Assembly: GCA_046483985.1 (NCBI GenBank)
Contig: JAWOCD010000005.1
Location: 30,862 to 94,861, forward strand
From: Promethearchaeia archaeon
Lineage (GTDB): Archaea > Asgardarchaeota > Lokiarchaeia > Sigyniarchaeales > SOKP01
Reading direction: 5' to 3'
DNA: 64,000 nt
In this document: piece by piece, positions 55,945 through 64,000 of the stretch
Position numbering within the stretch: position 1 is the stretch's first letter
Layout: each line of letters starts with the position of its first letter
Position numbers and translations under genes: made by a program
The notes under the pieces: model-generated
Databases searched by the model: none
What the model was told of the DNA's origin: nothing
Seen by the model: the letters and a program-made list of their open reading frames with translations, nothing else

Positions 55945-56277
55945 GTGAAAAAAATAACCTTTCAAATAACTATGCCGGTGAAGGAGGTAAGTAAAAATAA
56001 GGAATTTATTGTTAAAGTTGATAACCACGCGACATTTGTTAATGCCTTGGCGAAAGTGGATAAATTTGCGATGGCTCATCCCGAAAAGGCCCATTTTTCC
56101 GATGATCATAATTATATTCGGAGTTATTTACAATTATTTTGGGATCCGAAGGAGAATGAAATTTATTCGGATATACGGGTCTTTGCAGCAAGTCCCAAAG
56201 GATTTATGCCTATAGAGCGTAATATTAATTTTAACTTGCATAATGATAGTGAGATCTCGCTTACCTCTTCCTCATGA
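55945..56277 (+). CDS. Small protein, possible beta-grasp (MoaD/ThiS-like) fold; GTG start after GGGTGAT
   Basis: It has KITFQITMPVKE...EFIVKVDNHATF...FNLHNDSEISL and ends TSSS rather than GG. The Shine-Dalgarno-like GGGTGAT lies 4 nt upstream of GTG 55945. The fold call is weak. Confidence 0.4.
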   Translation: MKKITFQITMPVKEVSKNKEFIVKVDNHATFVNALAKVDKFAMAHPEKAHFSDDHNYIRSYLQLFWDPKENEIYSDIRVFAASPKGFMPIERNINFNLHNDSEISLTSSS

Positions 56278-56557
56278 GGGTGATGAGGGGGTTTGGGAAA
56301 TCGCCCCGGTTATGCAGAATTTAAAAACATTCTCCGGAATAAATACGGAAAAGAAGATGAAACCTTTATCCATTACTTTCAAGCAAATAGAAATAATAAT
56401 TGAATGATATCCTCCAACAAATGCTAGTGGAGGGTTGACAATGGGATCGCATCCCAATTTTTGATCTAAAATAGATAATCTAATGATATTTAACCTTATT
56501 AGATTACGTGATATTTGGTTTTGACAAAATGAATAAAAGAATAAGGGAAATTAATTT

Positions 56558-56953
56558 TTAGATTTCTGCCAACTTTTTTAGTTCTGGCTCGGCATTTTCT
56601 TGGGCCCAATCAAGGAGTTGATCATAATATTTCTCTACGTCCTCCTCTGGCGGAAGGTCCGCTAAGATAGCAAGTATGAACTGCGTATTTTCATTAATTA
56701 TAATATTACGGCAAATGATGAAATCCTCTTTATATTTAATCTTCATGGATTGAAAGGCTGATAAGTCAATCTCCTCTGCAGCTTTATATGCTGATTCACT
56801 TAGCAGTGATCCCATAGCAGCTACTACCTTTTCATCTACCTCCTCTGCTTTTTGGGATGCTAAAACTAAGCCCGCCTCCGTTGAGAAAAGCGAGGCCCTG
56901 AAATCACCATTTTCCATCAATCCTTTTAATACTCTCTCCAATCGACTAACCAC
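56558..56953 (-). CDS. Roadblock/LC7 (MglB-like) domain protein
   Basis: It has LERVLKGLMENGDFRASLFSTEAGLVLAS...FIICRNII...FILAILAD with an extra C-terminal helix. The start is GTG. Confidence 0.6.
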   Translation of the reverse strand: MVSRLERVLKGLMENGDFRASLFSTEAGLVLASQKAEEVDEKVVAAMGSLLSESAYKAAEEIDLSAFQSMKIKYKEDFIICRNIIINENTQFILAILADLPPEEDVEKYYDQLLDWAQENAEPELKKLAEI

Positions 56954-57032
56954 GGATTAAATTCACATAAATTTTATTAGTATTAAAGTTAAAGAAAAAC
57001 TGATATTTAATTTTATTTGAAATTGGTTTGTT

Positions 57033-57563
57033 CTAAGTTTTTAAATTTACTATAAAGGTTGAAAACATATTGGTATCTTCATCAATTTTTAAGGTTAAAA
57101 CAGTTTTTTTAGCTCTTGGTTCATCAAATCCCGTTTTCTTAGGTGCCTTTTTAGGATTGGTCGGTGATCCAGGATTAAGAAGTAATTTATCGTAAGGAGT
57201 TCCTTTTATTAGGGGGTAGTGTGTGTGTCCATGAATTAAGATATCTAGTTCGTTTTGATCGAAAAAATCTTTTAAATGGTCAGGAAGTTGATGAATTATT
57301 CCAATCTTATAGATCCCGGCTTTAATTTTCTTAAATTGTGGTTCGTCCAACCTTTGATCTTCTTCTCCCTTAACACAGATGGTTGGTGCAATTGTTTCCA
57401 ATTCTCGGAGTAATTTTTTATCACAAACATCCCCTGCGTGAATTATTCTATCAACGTCTTTAAAACTACTACTCAATTGATCCAAAAGCGACTTAAATTT
57501 TTCTGGGTCTTCCCTTTGGGAAAGATGAGTATCCGCAATAATACCAATCTTCATTCTTCTCAC
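57033..57563 (-). CDS. MJ0936/YfcE (Vps29-fold) metallophosphoesterase
   Basis: It has IGIIADTHL, IHAGDV, VKGEED in place of the usual GNCD, and IHGHTH. Confidence 0.85.
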   Translation of the reverse strand: MRRMKIGIIADTHLSQREDPEKFKSLLDQLSSSFKDVDRIIHAGDVCDKKLLRELETIAPTICVKGEEDQRLDEPQFKKIKAGIYKIGIIHQLPDHLKDFFDQNELDILIHGHTHYPLIKGTPYDKLLLNPGSPTNPKKAPKKTGFDEPRAKKTVLTLKIDEDTNMFSTFIVNLKT

Positions 57564-58636
57564 ACACCCATAGTTAATCCTAAAAATAATATAAGAAACC
57601 CCAAAAACAAGTCAATTCCGATCCGAACAATACGATCTGAATTGGATTCTTTTTGCTTTTTTTCCAAATATTCTTGCTTCTTAAAATAATTCCCAAATTG
57701 TTTGAACCCCGTTTTTAGCGCGTTCTTAATTCTTGAGAATTGCCAAATAAATAAAATAATACTGATACCCAATAAAGGAAGATATAAGGTAAATGTGATA
57801 AATGAAAAGGGATTTCCTTGCAGATAATTCCATGCTGCATGAGCCGAGACAATATTGTTCAAGAAATGGGCAATTATCACCGGAAATAACCACCGCTTAT
57901 TAATAATAAAAAGAGAAAAAATTATACCCACAAAAAAGGTTTGCAAGAACCAGATAAATGGGAGCCAAAAAGGATAGTTTCTACTTAACGGATTTAAATA
58001 ATAGACAAAATGCATAAGACCAAAATAGAATGAAGAAATAATGACTGCTGAAATTTTATTAAAAATCTGGCTTCCTCTATTTGTGAGAAAGCCCCTTACT
58101 AAAGTTTCTTCATAAAATGAAACACTAAATTGGACAATCAACACGGAAAAGAGGAAGATCAAGTATGATTTTGTAAGATATATATCCTTAGAGCTGCTTG
58201 AGATAGACACCGCAACATATTCCAAAATCTTCGGTTCCAGTAGATAGGTTATATAATCTAATGGTAAAAATATGATAAAAAAGAGCAAAAATCCATATAA
58301 TACTTGATATTTTAAATTTGACTTTTTCACTTTAAATAGTTTAATATGTCTTAAAGCGGGTGAAGCATCATCCTCTAAAATAATCTTTTGTTTTTGAGTA
58401 TTTAGAATAAGATTTGAAAAATACAGAAATAAAGGGATTCCGATAAGGACGGCAATAATTCGGAGTAAATAAAAGTTTATCCCATAAAAAATAGAATTAG
58501 TTTCTAAAAGTAAAGGCAACGCAAGACTTGGAATCAAGGAAAAAAGAAAAACCCCAAAAAACACTATTGCGATTTCTACAAAAAAGATAAAACGTTCAAT
58601 GATTATTTGTTTTTTTCTATTAGATGTTGACTGCAT
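57560..58636 (-). CDS. CPBP family intramembrane glutamic endopeptidase (CAAX protease-like)
   Basis: It has motifs YEETLVRGF (EExxxR), FGLMHF (FxxxH) and IAHFLNN (HxxxN) in a polytopic protein. It overlaps the downstream gene by 4 nt. Confidence 0.7.
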   Translation of the reverse strand: MQSTSNRKKQIIIERFIFFVEIAIVFFGVFLFSLIPSLALPLLLETNSIFYGINFYLLRIIAVLIGIPLFLYFSNLILNTQKQKIILEDDASPALRHIKLFKVKKSNLKYQVLYGFLLFFIIFLPLDYITYLLEPKILEYVAVSISSSSKDIYLTKSYLIFLFSVLIVQFSVSFYEETLVRGFLTNRGSQIFNKISAVIISSFYFGLMHFVYYLNPLSRNYPFWLPFIWFLQTFFVGIIFSLFIINKRWLFPVIIAHFLNNIVSAHAAWNYLQGNPFSFITFTLYLPLLGISIILFIWQFSRIKNALKTGFKQFGNYFKKQEYLEKKQKESNSDRIVRIGIDLFLGFLILFLGLTMGV

Positions 58637-58712
58637 TAGAGAATAGATCCATATGAATTTATTTTTTAATTAATTTGATAAAAAGATGATATTTTAATTT
58701 TATTAGTATTTT

Positions 58713-59660
58713 TTATATCTTTCTAATGTCTTTTTCATCGGGGATTCCATTCCTTGCTCCAAAATGCTGAATGCAAAGACTTGCCACATAATTCCCCACC
58801 TTAATACACCTTAATAAATTAGTCCAAATGAGCTCGAGATTCGAAATTAATCCACAGATGAACCCCGCAGAGAATGCATCCCCTGCCCCAGTAGTGTCCA
58901 CCACCTCGTTTACGGGACATGGCGATACTTTTTTTGATTTTTCCTTGTGTAAAAGGATTGCCCCGTCACTTCCCATTGTAACAATTAAAAATTTTATTCC
59001 AATATCAAAAAGAATCTGGCTCTTCTGGACGAGTATATCTCGCTCTATTTTTTCACTCTGAAGTAATGTTTTATACTCTCTTTTTGAAATAATTAGAATA
59101 TCAATAATTTCTAATAACTGTTTTATTTCTGAGATTCCTTGATCAATAATAAGCATTCCAGGGTTTAATATAACGGGAATCCCATTTCGCTGGGCAATTT
59201 TAGCCGCCTTGATAAAAGGGTTAATATTTTTTAGGCTGCTTAAATACAATATTTTGGCACGTAAAATCTCTTCAGATTTAATATTATCCTTGGATAATTT
59301 ATCGGCAGCCCCGCTATGTGCGTAGATTCTTCGGTCTCCCTTGGAATCAACTGCCACGTATGCAGATCCCGTCCCATAATTTTTGCTCATTTTTAATAGG
59401 TCTAAAAAGACACCAACCTTCCTAAAATCTGCTATGATTTTCTTTCCGAACTGATCCCCTTTCCCGATTTTCCCTAAAAAAGCGGATTTTAGCCCTAATT
59501 TGGCACAAGCATAAGCTGTATTTGCAGCAGCCCCCCCAGATAAGAGATCCAAACGGGCCACGAACACCTCATCATCACTTTTTGGATGTCGCTTAACCCG
59601 AGCTGACATATCTACTAATGCTGCACCCACAGAAATTACATCAAATTGATGATTCTTCAT
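58713..59660 (-). CDS. PfkB family carbohydrate/nucleoside kinase (ribokinase-like)
   Basis: It has GGAAANTA and the DTTGAGDAF motif. Confidence 0.85.
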   Translation of the reverse strand: MKNHQFDVISVGAALVDMSARVKRHPKSDDEVFVARLDLLSGGAAANTAYACAKLGLKSAFLGKIGKGDQFGKKIIADFRKVGVFLDLLKMSKNYGTGSAYVAVDSKGDRRIYAHSGAADKLSKDNIKSEEILRAKILYLSSLKNINPFIKAAKIAQRNGIPVILNPGMLIIDQGISEIKQLLEIIDILIISKREYKTLLQSEKIERDILVQKSQILFDIGIKFLIVTMGSDGAILLHKEKSKKVSPCPVNEVVDTTGAGDAFSAGFICGLISNLELIWTNLLRCIKVGNYVASLCIQHFGARNGIPDEKDIRKI

Positions 59661-59693
59661 TTTAGATACTTTTTATTCGCTTTTTTAAGTTAA

Positions 59694-60896
59694 TTAAGAA
59701 TATTCAAATTCTCCATAGTCTGAGTCTATTTTTAAGGAATTTTGCTTAGCCACCTTATTTTTTTCACAATGACCGATGATTTTTGCTTCTAAATTAAATT
59801 TGTCTGCGTATTTAATTATTTCATTAGCAATATCTTCGTTGCAATAAAATTCAAGCCGGTGACCCATGTTAAATACTTGATACATTTCTCTCCACGTTGT
59901 ATTTGAGGATTTTTGAATGATCCTAAATATTCTAGGGAGTTTGAATAATGAATCTTTAATGTATTTTACTTCTTTTCCAAATTTCAAACATTTGGTCTGT
60001 CCACCTCCCGTATTATGGATAATTCCATGAATTTGATCTCGATATTCTCTTAGTACTTCTAATATTACTGGAGTATATGTTCTCGTGGGAGATAATAGGG
60101 CACGTCCTATATCCAAATTGTAATTAGATATGGATTCTGTTAATGTGTGATCTCCAAAAAAGGCTAATTCTGGGTCGATATTTTTATCATAACACTCAGG
60201 AAACTTTTCGTAATAGGAATGATCTAAGGTACCATGCCGAGCCAATGTTAAGCCGTTGCTTCCAATTCCGCTATTATAATTATCTTCGTACGAAGTTTGC
60301 CCGAAACTGGCTAATCCTACAATCACGTCCGATTTATTGATGTCTCCAGCATTGATGACCTTTTTTCTCTTTAAAGTTGTAAAGGCAGATGCATCAACAA
60401 TTAAGGTTTTTACTAAATCTCCCACATCTGCTGTTTCCCCCCCGCACATAATTACTTCTAACCCCAAATTAGATATTACCTCAGCATACTCATGATATCC
60501 GCTGATAATGGTATCTATTACCTTGCCGTCGATAAAGTTGCTATTTCTACCAATGTTATTGGAAAAGAAAATTGGACCTGTCGCCCCCACACAGAGCATA
60601 TCATCGATGTTCATTACCATAGCATCTTGCACTATTCCTTTAAACACGGAAAGATCGCCTGTTTCTTTATAGTACATATATGCCAAACTAGTTTTTGTTC
60701 CCGCCCCGTCTGAATGAAATACGGAACAATACTTATTCTTATGCCTGATATCTTCTACAATTTTACAAAATGCGCCAGGAAACAAACCTTGATCAAGATG
60801 TTTTATGACCTCATGCACATCTTCTTTTTGAGACGATACTCCCAATTTTCCGTAGAGATCTTCCTTCTTTCCCGACATTATTTTTTCATATATCAT
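59694..60896 (-). CDS. purM: Phosphoribosylformylglycinamidine cyclo-ligase (long-form PurM)
   Basis: It has GVSSQKEDVHEVI, HSDGAGTKT and NIDDMLCVGA. At 400 aa it resembles the long PurM type. It overlaps purB by 11 nt. Confidence 0.75.
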   Translation of the reverse strand: MIYEKIMSGKKEDLYGKLGVSSQKEDVHEVIKHLDQGLFPGAFCKIVEDIRHKNKYCSVFHSDGAGTKTSLAYMYYKETGDLSVFKGIVQDAMVMNIDDMLCVGATGPIFFSNNIGRNSNFIDGKVIDTIISGYHEYAEVISNLGLEVIMCGGETADVGDLVKTLIVDASAFTTLKRKKVINAGDINKSDVIVGLASFGQTSYEDNYNSGIGSNGLTLARHGTLDHSYYEKFPECYDKNIDPELAFFGDHTLTESISNYNLDIGRALLSPTRTYTPVILEVLREYRDQIHGIIHNTGGGQTKCLKFGKEVKYIKDSLFKLPRIFRIIQKSSNTTWREMYQVFNMGHRLEFYCNEDIANEIIKYADKFNLEAKIIGHCEKNKVAKQNSLKIDSDYGEFEYS

Positions 60897-62244
60897 GCTT
60901 TTTTTTCAAATGAGATATAGAATATTCCACTTGTTCCACTGCTTTTCCGATATAATTTTCGGGGTTTAACAATTCATTTAATTCCTCGGAGCTAAAGTTT
61001 TCCTTAATCTGTTCATTTTGCATTAAAATTTTTTTCATGTGAATATCTTCTTCTTGCGCTTTAATTGCGGCTTTTCTTAAAATCTCATGTCCATCTTGGC
61101 GCCCAATTCCACGACCCACCAATTCTACCATAACTTTTTCCGCTAAACATGCCCCTTTTGTGAGATTTAAATTCTTTTTAATATTTTCTTTATTAAAGAC
61201 CACTCCTTTCAAATTTTTATGTAACTGGTTGATCATAAAATCCAAAAAGATAAAATTTTCTGAAAAGAGCACACGTTCAGAGGCAGAATTGGTGAGGTCT
61301 CGTTCATCCTCCAAGATCATATTATCCAAAGCCGGAATAACGTTGGATTTCAAGATACGGGCTAAACTACAAATACGTTCCGACTTGTGCGGATTTCTTT
61401 TATGAGGCATCGTGGAGCTGCCAACTTGCGATTTCTTAAATGGTTCAAACATCTCTGCAATTTCATTTCGCTGGAGGATCCTTTGTTCTCGAGCGATTTT
61501 TGCTAAAGTTTGTCCGATTAATGCAGTTAAGTTGATAACTTCTGCGTGTCGATCCCTTTGGACCACTTGGTTCGCGATAAGTACCGGATTAAGTCCAAGT
61601 TCCTTCATCGTCATTTCTTGAATCTTTGGTCCTTTTTCTCCAAAACTTGCCATGGTTCCAACCGCTCCGGACATTTTTCCATAGGAAATTTGCTCTTTAA
61701 TTTGATCGATTCGTCCCAAGTGCCGACTAATCTCATATGCCCACACGCCGAATTTCATTCCATAGGTGGTTGGGATAGCATGTTGTCCATGAGTGCGACC
61801 GATGCAAACCAATTCTTTGGTTTCCTCCATTAAATTTATGAGAGTGCCTAATAGATTGGTAAGTGAGCTTTTAATATAACTTAATGCTTCAACTAATTGT
61901 AAAGCAAGCGCGCTATCTTCAATATCATAACTGGTTGCGCCTAAATGGATATATTTCCCTGCATCCCCCTCACATTGCTCGGTCAACCCTTTCACCATTG
62001 CCATTAAATCATGATGAATCTCTTTATCTATTTCTTTTACCCGCTCTATTTTAACATCGTTTGTATTTGCTTTTTTTGTGATTTCTTTTGCCGCCGCATC
62101 GGGAATATTCCCAACGCTGGCATGTACGCGTGCCAAAGCCGCTTCTACCTTAAGCCAATTCTCCAGCTTTTTCTCTTCGGTAAATAACTCTGCTATTTCC
62201 GTTCTATATCTGGTTTCAACAGGATGAATAAATTTATGCGTCAT
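60886..62244 (-). CDS. purB: Adenylosuccinate lyase
   Basis: It has the fumarate-lyase signature GSSTMPHKRNP, in 452 aa. Confidence 0.9.
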   Translation of the reverse strand: MTHKFIHPVETRYRTEIAELFTEEKKLENWLKVEAALARVHASVGNIPDAAAKEITKKANTNDVKIERVKEIDKEIHHDLMAMVKGLTEQCEGDAGKYIHLGATSYDIEDSALALQLVEALSYIKSSLTNLLGTLINLMEETKELVCIGRTHGQHAIPTTYGMKFGVWAYEISRHLGRIDQIKEQISYGKMSGAVGTMASFGEKGPKIQEMTMKELGLNPVLIANQVVQRDRHAEVINLTALIGQTLAKIAREQRILQRNEIAEMFEPFKKSQVGSSTMPHKRNPHKSERICSLARILKSNVIPALDNMILEDERDLTNSASERVLFSENFIFLDFMINQLHKNLKGVVFNKENIKKNLNLTKGACLAEKVMVELVGRGIGRQDGHEILRKAAIKAQEEDIHMKKILMQNEQIKENFSSEELNELLNPENYIGKAVEQVEYSISHLKKKHDI

Positions 62245-62426
62245 TTTATTGTTTTTACTTTATTTTATTTATATACATTATATAATATCTTTTCAAAAAA
62301 ATAATATCTTCTCTAAATTTATCAACATTTTAACAAAACTCCGTTTATCTTTTTATTTTAAATTTTATATTACAAAAATTAATTACCCCCTTTTGGCTTA
62401 TTAATTTCTTTCATTTCTTTTTTAGT

Positions 62427-62678
62427 ATGTACAATAATCTGAAAAAGTTTTATTTCTATAGATGTAGTCATTGTGGGAATTGGCATTACTCCGATAAACG
62501 TATTAAGGTCAAAAAGTGCCTTTCATGTCACCGTTCCTTTACCTTTGAACATGCTAAAAAGTTTTCGAAGGAATGTACGACCTATGAGGCGATATCTGTA
62601 ATGAAGGAATTAAAAAAACAAATGTCCAAAGAACAGTTAAATCCCCATCTTTATAAGATCAAAAGTATCTCAGACTAA
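62427..62678 (+). CDS. Small zinc-ribbon protein (DUF1922-like)
   Basis: It has CSHCGNW...CLSCHRSF in 83 aa. Confidence 0.45.
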   Translation: MYNNLKKFYFYRCSHCGNWHYSDKRIKVKKCLSCHRSFTFEHAKKFSKECTTYEAISVMKELKKQMSKEQLNPHLYKIKSISD

Positions 62679-62792
62679 ACTCTTTCTTTTATAATTTCCT
62701 ATTTTTTTATGGTTTAAATCTGTTGTAATCATTATAAACCATGCAGCCTAATTTTATTATATACAAGCCAATAATATAATTTAACATTAATT

Positions 62793-64000
62793 ATGAGAAT
62801 AAGAACCAGAGAGAAGATTAAAAAGAAAAATGCTGCAATCACGTTATTATTTTTATTACCGCTTATTGGATTCAGTACCTACGCAGCTGGGGCCTTATAT
62901 ATCCTCGACGACATGACATCCTATACTTTTGACGAAAAAATCAAACCAGACGTCGACCATTTTTATGAAAGGGAGGATATTAACAATACGCTTTTAGCGG
63001 AAATTGCCAAGCAGTTGGAAATCAGGAATAATGAATATCATCTCCCCACGAATCTAAGCGTCAGTCTTTATATGAAGGATTATAATTATGATAACGTAAG
63101 TAAATATAGAATGAACGAGAATGCTGGCCTCCGCGGAGGAGAGTTACTCTTCTCTGAATGTTTGCGCTATGCTACAGCTAAACGAGAAAATAATTCTTGG
63201 GCAAAAAACCATTCAATGACTGTCATAAGAAAATTAGTCGATGGTTTTGCTAAGCTTATGGAAGTTCCTAATGGGGGACTGGGACCGGAGTACTCGGGAA
63301 TTCTAGCTCGCTTCTATGCCGCTCCCGAACATAAAGAAATTTTCCCGAAAATGTTTCAATCGCATTATAAACATTTTAATGGCTCTGATCCCGAGTATAA
63401 AAATTGGCGAGTTAGATTGAAAACCTCCAAGGATGAATTGGGAGGATATGCTCTCGGATTGGCTTCAATCCTTAAATTTATTGATCCCGATGATTCAAGC
63501 GATGCGAGCTGGTGCCATGAAACAGTGAAATTGATTATCGATCAACTCCTAACAGGGTTTTTGAAGAACGATTGGCTTCTTTTAGATGGAGATGGATGGC
63601 CAGATGGTGTTGATCTTCATCCGTATTTCTTTTCTGGTGGGGCCTGGCAACTCACCTATCTTAAACTAGGTGCTATAGCCTACCCCAAGAAATATGAATC
63701 CAAATATAACTACTATGCATCGAAAACGATAAATCATCATATCGCAGGAGGGGGATCTTCGCATAATACGGTAATGGAATTCTTTGCGTACAATTTCGCT
63801 CAAGCACTAGTATTCGCATTGATCATGTTGGAGGAAGACCCCAATTTACAACAGTTATACATTAAGTTATTCGAAGAGAGCTTCTATAACGTTCTAAAAT
63901 ATCATAGAAATGCGTGGCATAATGCAGCACATCTTGCCTTTATGACTATGTTGGGAGACCAAAAAAGAAAGCAATTTGAAAATGATAATTATAAAGATGA
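62793..64000 (+). CDS. Signal-anchored protein of unknown function, 3'-truncated by the window edge (absent from the supplied ORF track because it has no stop)
   Basis: By manual translation, ATG 62793 opens a frame with no stop to 64000. It reads MRIRTREKIKKKNAAITLLFLLPLIGFSTYAAGALYIL... then a helix-rich body (GGYALGLASILKF, LDGDGWPDGVDLHPYFFSGGAWQ, RNAWHNAAHLAFM). Confidence 0.55.
   Translation, partial: MRIRTREKIKKKNAAITLLFLLPLIGFSTYAAGALYILDDMTSYTFDEKIKPDVDHFYEREDINNTLLAEIAKQLEIRNNEYHLPTNLSVSLYMKDYNYDNVSKYRMNENAGLRGGELLFSECLRYATAKRENNSWAKNHSMTVIRKLVDGFAKLMEVPNGGLGPEYSGILARFYAAPEHKEIFPKMFQSHYKHFNGSDPEYKNWRVRLKTSKDELGGYALGLASILKFIDPDDSSDASWCHETVKLIIDQLLTGFLKNDWLLLDGDGWPDGVDLHPYFFSGGAWQLTYLKLGAIAYPKKYESKYNYYASKTINHHIAGGGSSHNTVMEFFAYNFAQALVFALIMLEEDPNLQQLYIKLFEESFYNVLKYHRNAWHNAAHLAFMTMLGDQKRKQFENDNYKD

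Noticed and set aside
56279-56340. A GTGATGA (C-box-like) string followed by a GGGG...CCCC hairpin, considered as a C/D-box sRNA.
   Set aside because: There is no CTGA D box at an appropriate distance and no terminal stem. The string is better explained as stop codons plus a Shine-Dalgarno-like GGTGAT.
440-61833. About 60 short ORFs (60-154 aa) in the supplied track lie antisense to, or out of frame within, the long genes. Examples are 1397-1651, 4174-4458, 8933-9358, 14584-14961, 14825-15289, 16151-16426, 19785-20075, 33194-33466, 54023-54337 and 61546-61833.
   Set aside because: Each is fully nested in a longer ORF that has clear family motifs. Their products are low-complexity or Ser/Leu/Ile-rich, as expected from reading real genes in the wrong frame. 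None has a recognisable motif or Shine-Dalgarno-like element.
1-64000. Possibility of stop-codon reassignment (TGA read-through), prompted by the TGA cluster at 56275-56286.
   Set aside because: TGA cleanly terminates well-conserved genes at the expected protein ends, for example the phosphofructokinase at 19414-19416 and rpl37ae at 5852-5854. Standard code 11 fits the window.

Overview
The window is a visibly AT-rich archaeal chromosomal segment, densely coded, with short intergenic gaps and many 4-17 nt gene overlaps. I could not identify any rRNA, convincing tRNA, CRISPR array or intact mobile element.

Gene content by region:
- 1.2-6.6 kb: the conserved archaeal exosome/proteasome superoperon (psmA, SBDS, rrp4, rrp41, rrp42, eL43/L37ae, Pcc1, prefoldin beta).
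- 6.6-12.1 kb: a DHH phosphoesterase, an ECF transporter energizing module (EcfA, EcfA', EcfT), a Cgi121-like protein, a THUMP protein and TsaC.
- 14.0-17.1 kb: a four-subunit 2-oxoacid:ferredoxin oxidoreductase operon.
- 17.5-41.7 kb: ZPR1, a predicted PPi-dependent phosphofructokinase, acyl-CoA dehydrogenase, Lrp/AsnC, acyl-CoA ligase, an FGGY kinase, a HerA-like ATPase, Cdc48, FEN1, Nob1, NAD kinase, aIF5A, SRP54, TrmY and dihydroorotase.
- 41.8-62.7 kb: AMMECR1, Pol IV, ArsR, a Roadblock/LC7 protein, a CPBP protease, a PfkB kinase, and PurM/PurB.

The informational genes plus the Roadblock protein and a SAL1/HAL2-type nucleotidase are compatible with an Asgard-like (Lokiarchaeia-type) archaeon. 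That assignment is inference only.

Most unusual loci, in order of interest:
1. 53119-54525: a single ORF fuses a Cdc48/VAT-type N-domain to a complete quinolinate phosphoribosyltransferase (NadC). The N-domain is a close paralog of the one in the genuine Cdc48 at 32551-34770.
2. 46.1-48.7 kb: a CarH-type cobalamin photoreceptor module (W-x9-EH and E-x-H-x-x-G motifs) with no DNA-binding domain. It is bracketed by an approximately 245 bp direct repeat and sits among two intact copies and one truncated copy of an uncharacterized approximately 120 aa protein family.
3. 44047-46137: a DapA-like domain that appears to lack the Schiff-base lysine, fused to an APH/ChoK-type kinase.
4. 24.1-26.0 kb: an orphan 346 aa ORF preceded by a 500 nt non-coding stretch. 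That stretch carries a tandem 9-mer and three hairpins sharing a CCTAAAGG-like core.

All functional calls rest on motif recognition by eye. No database search was run.
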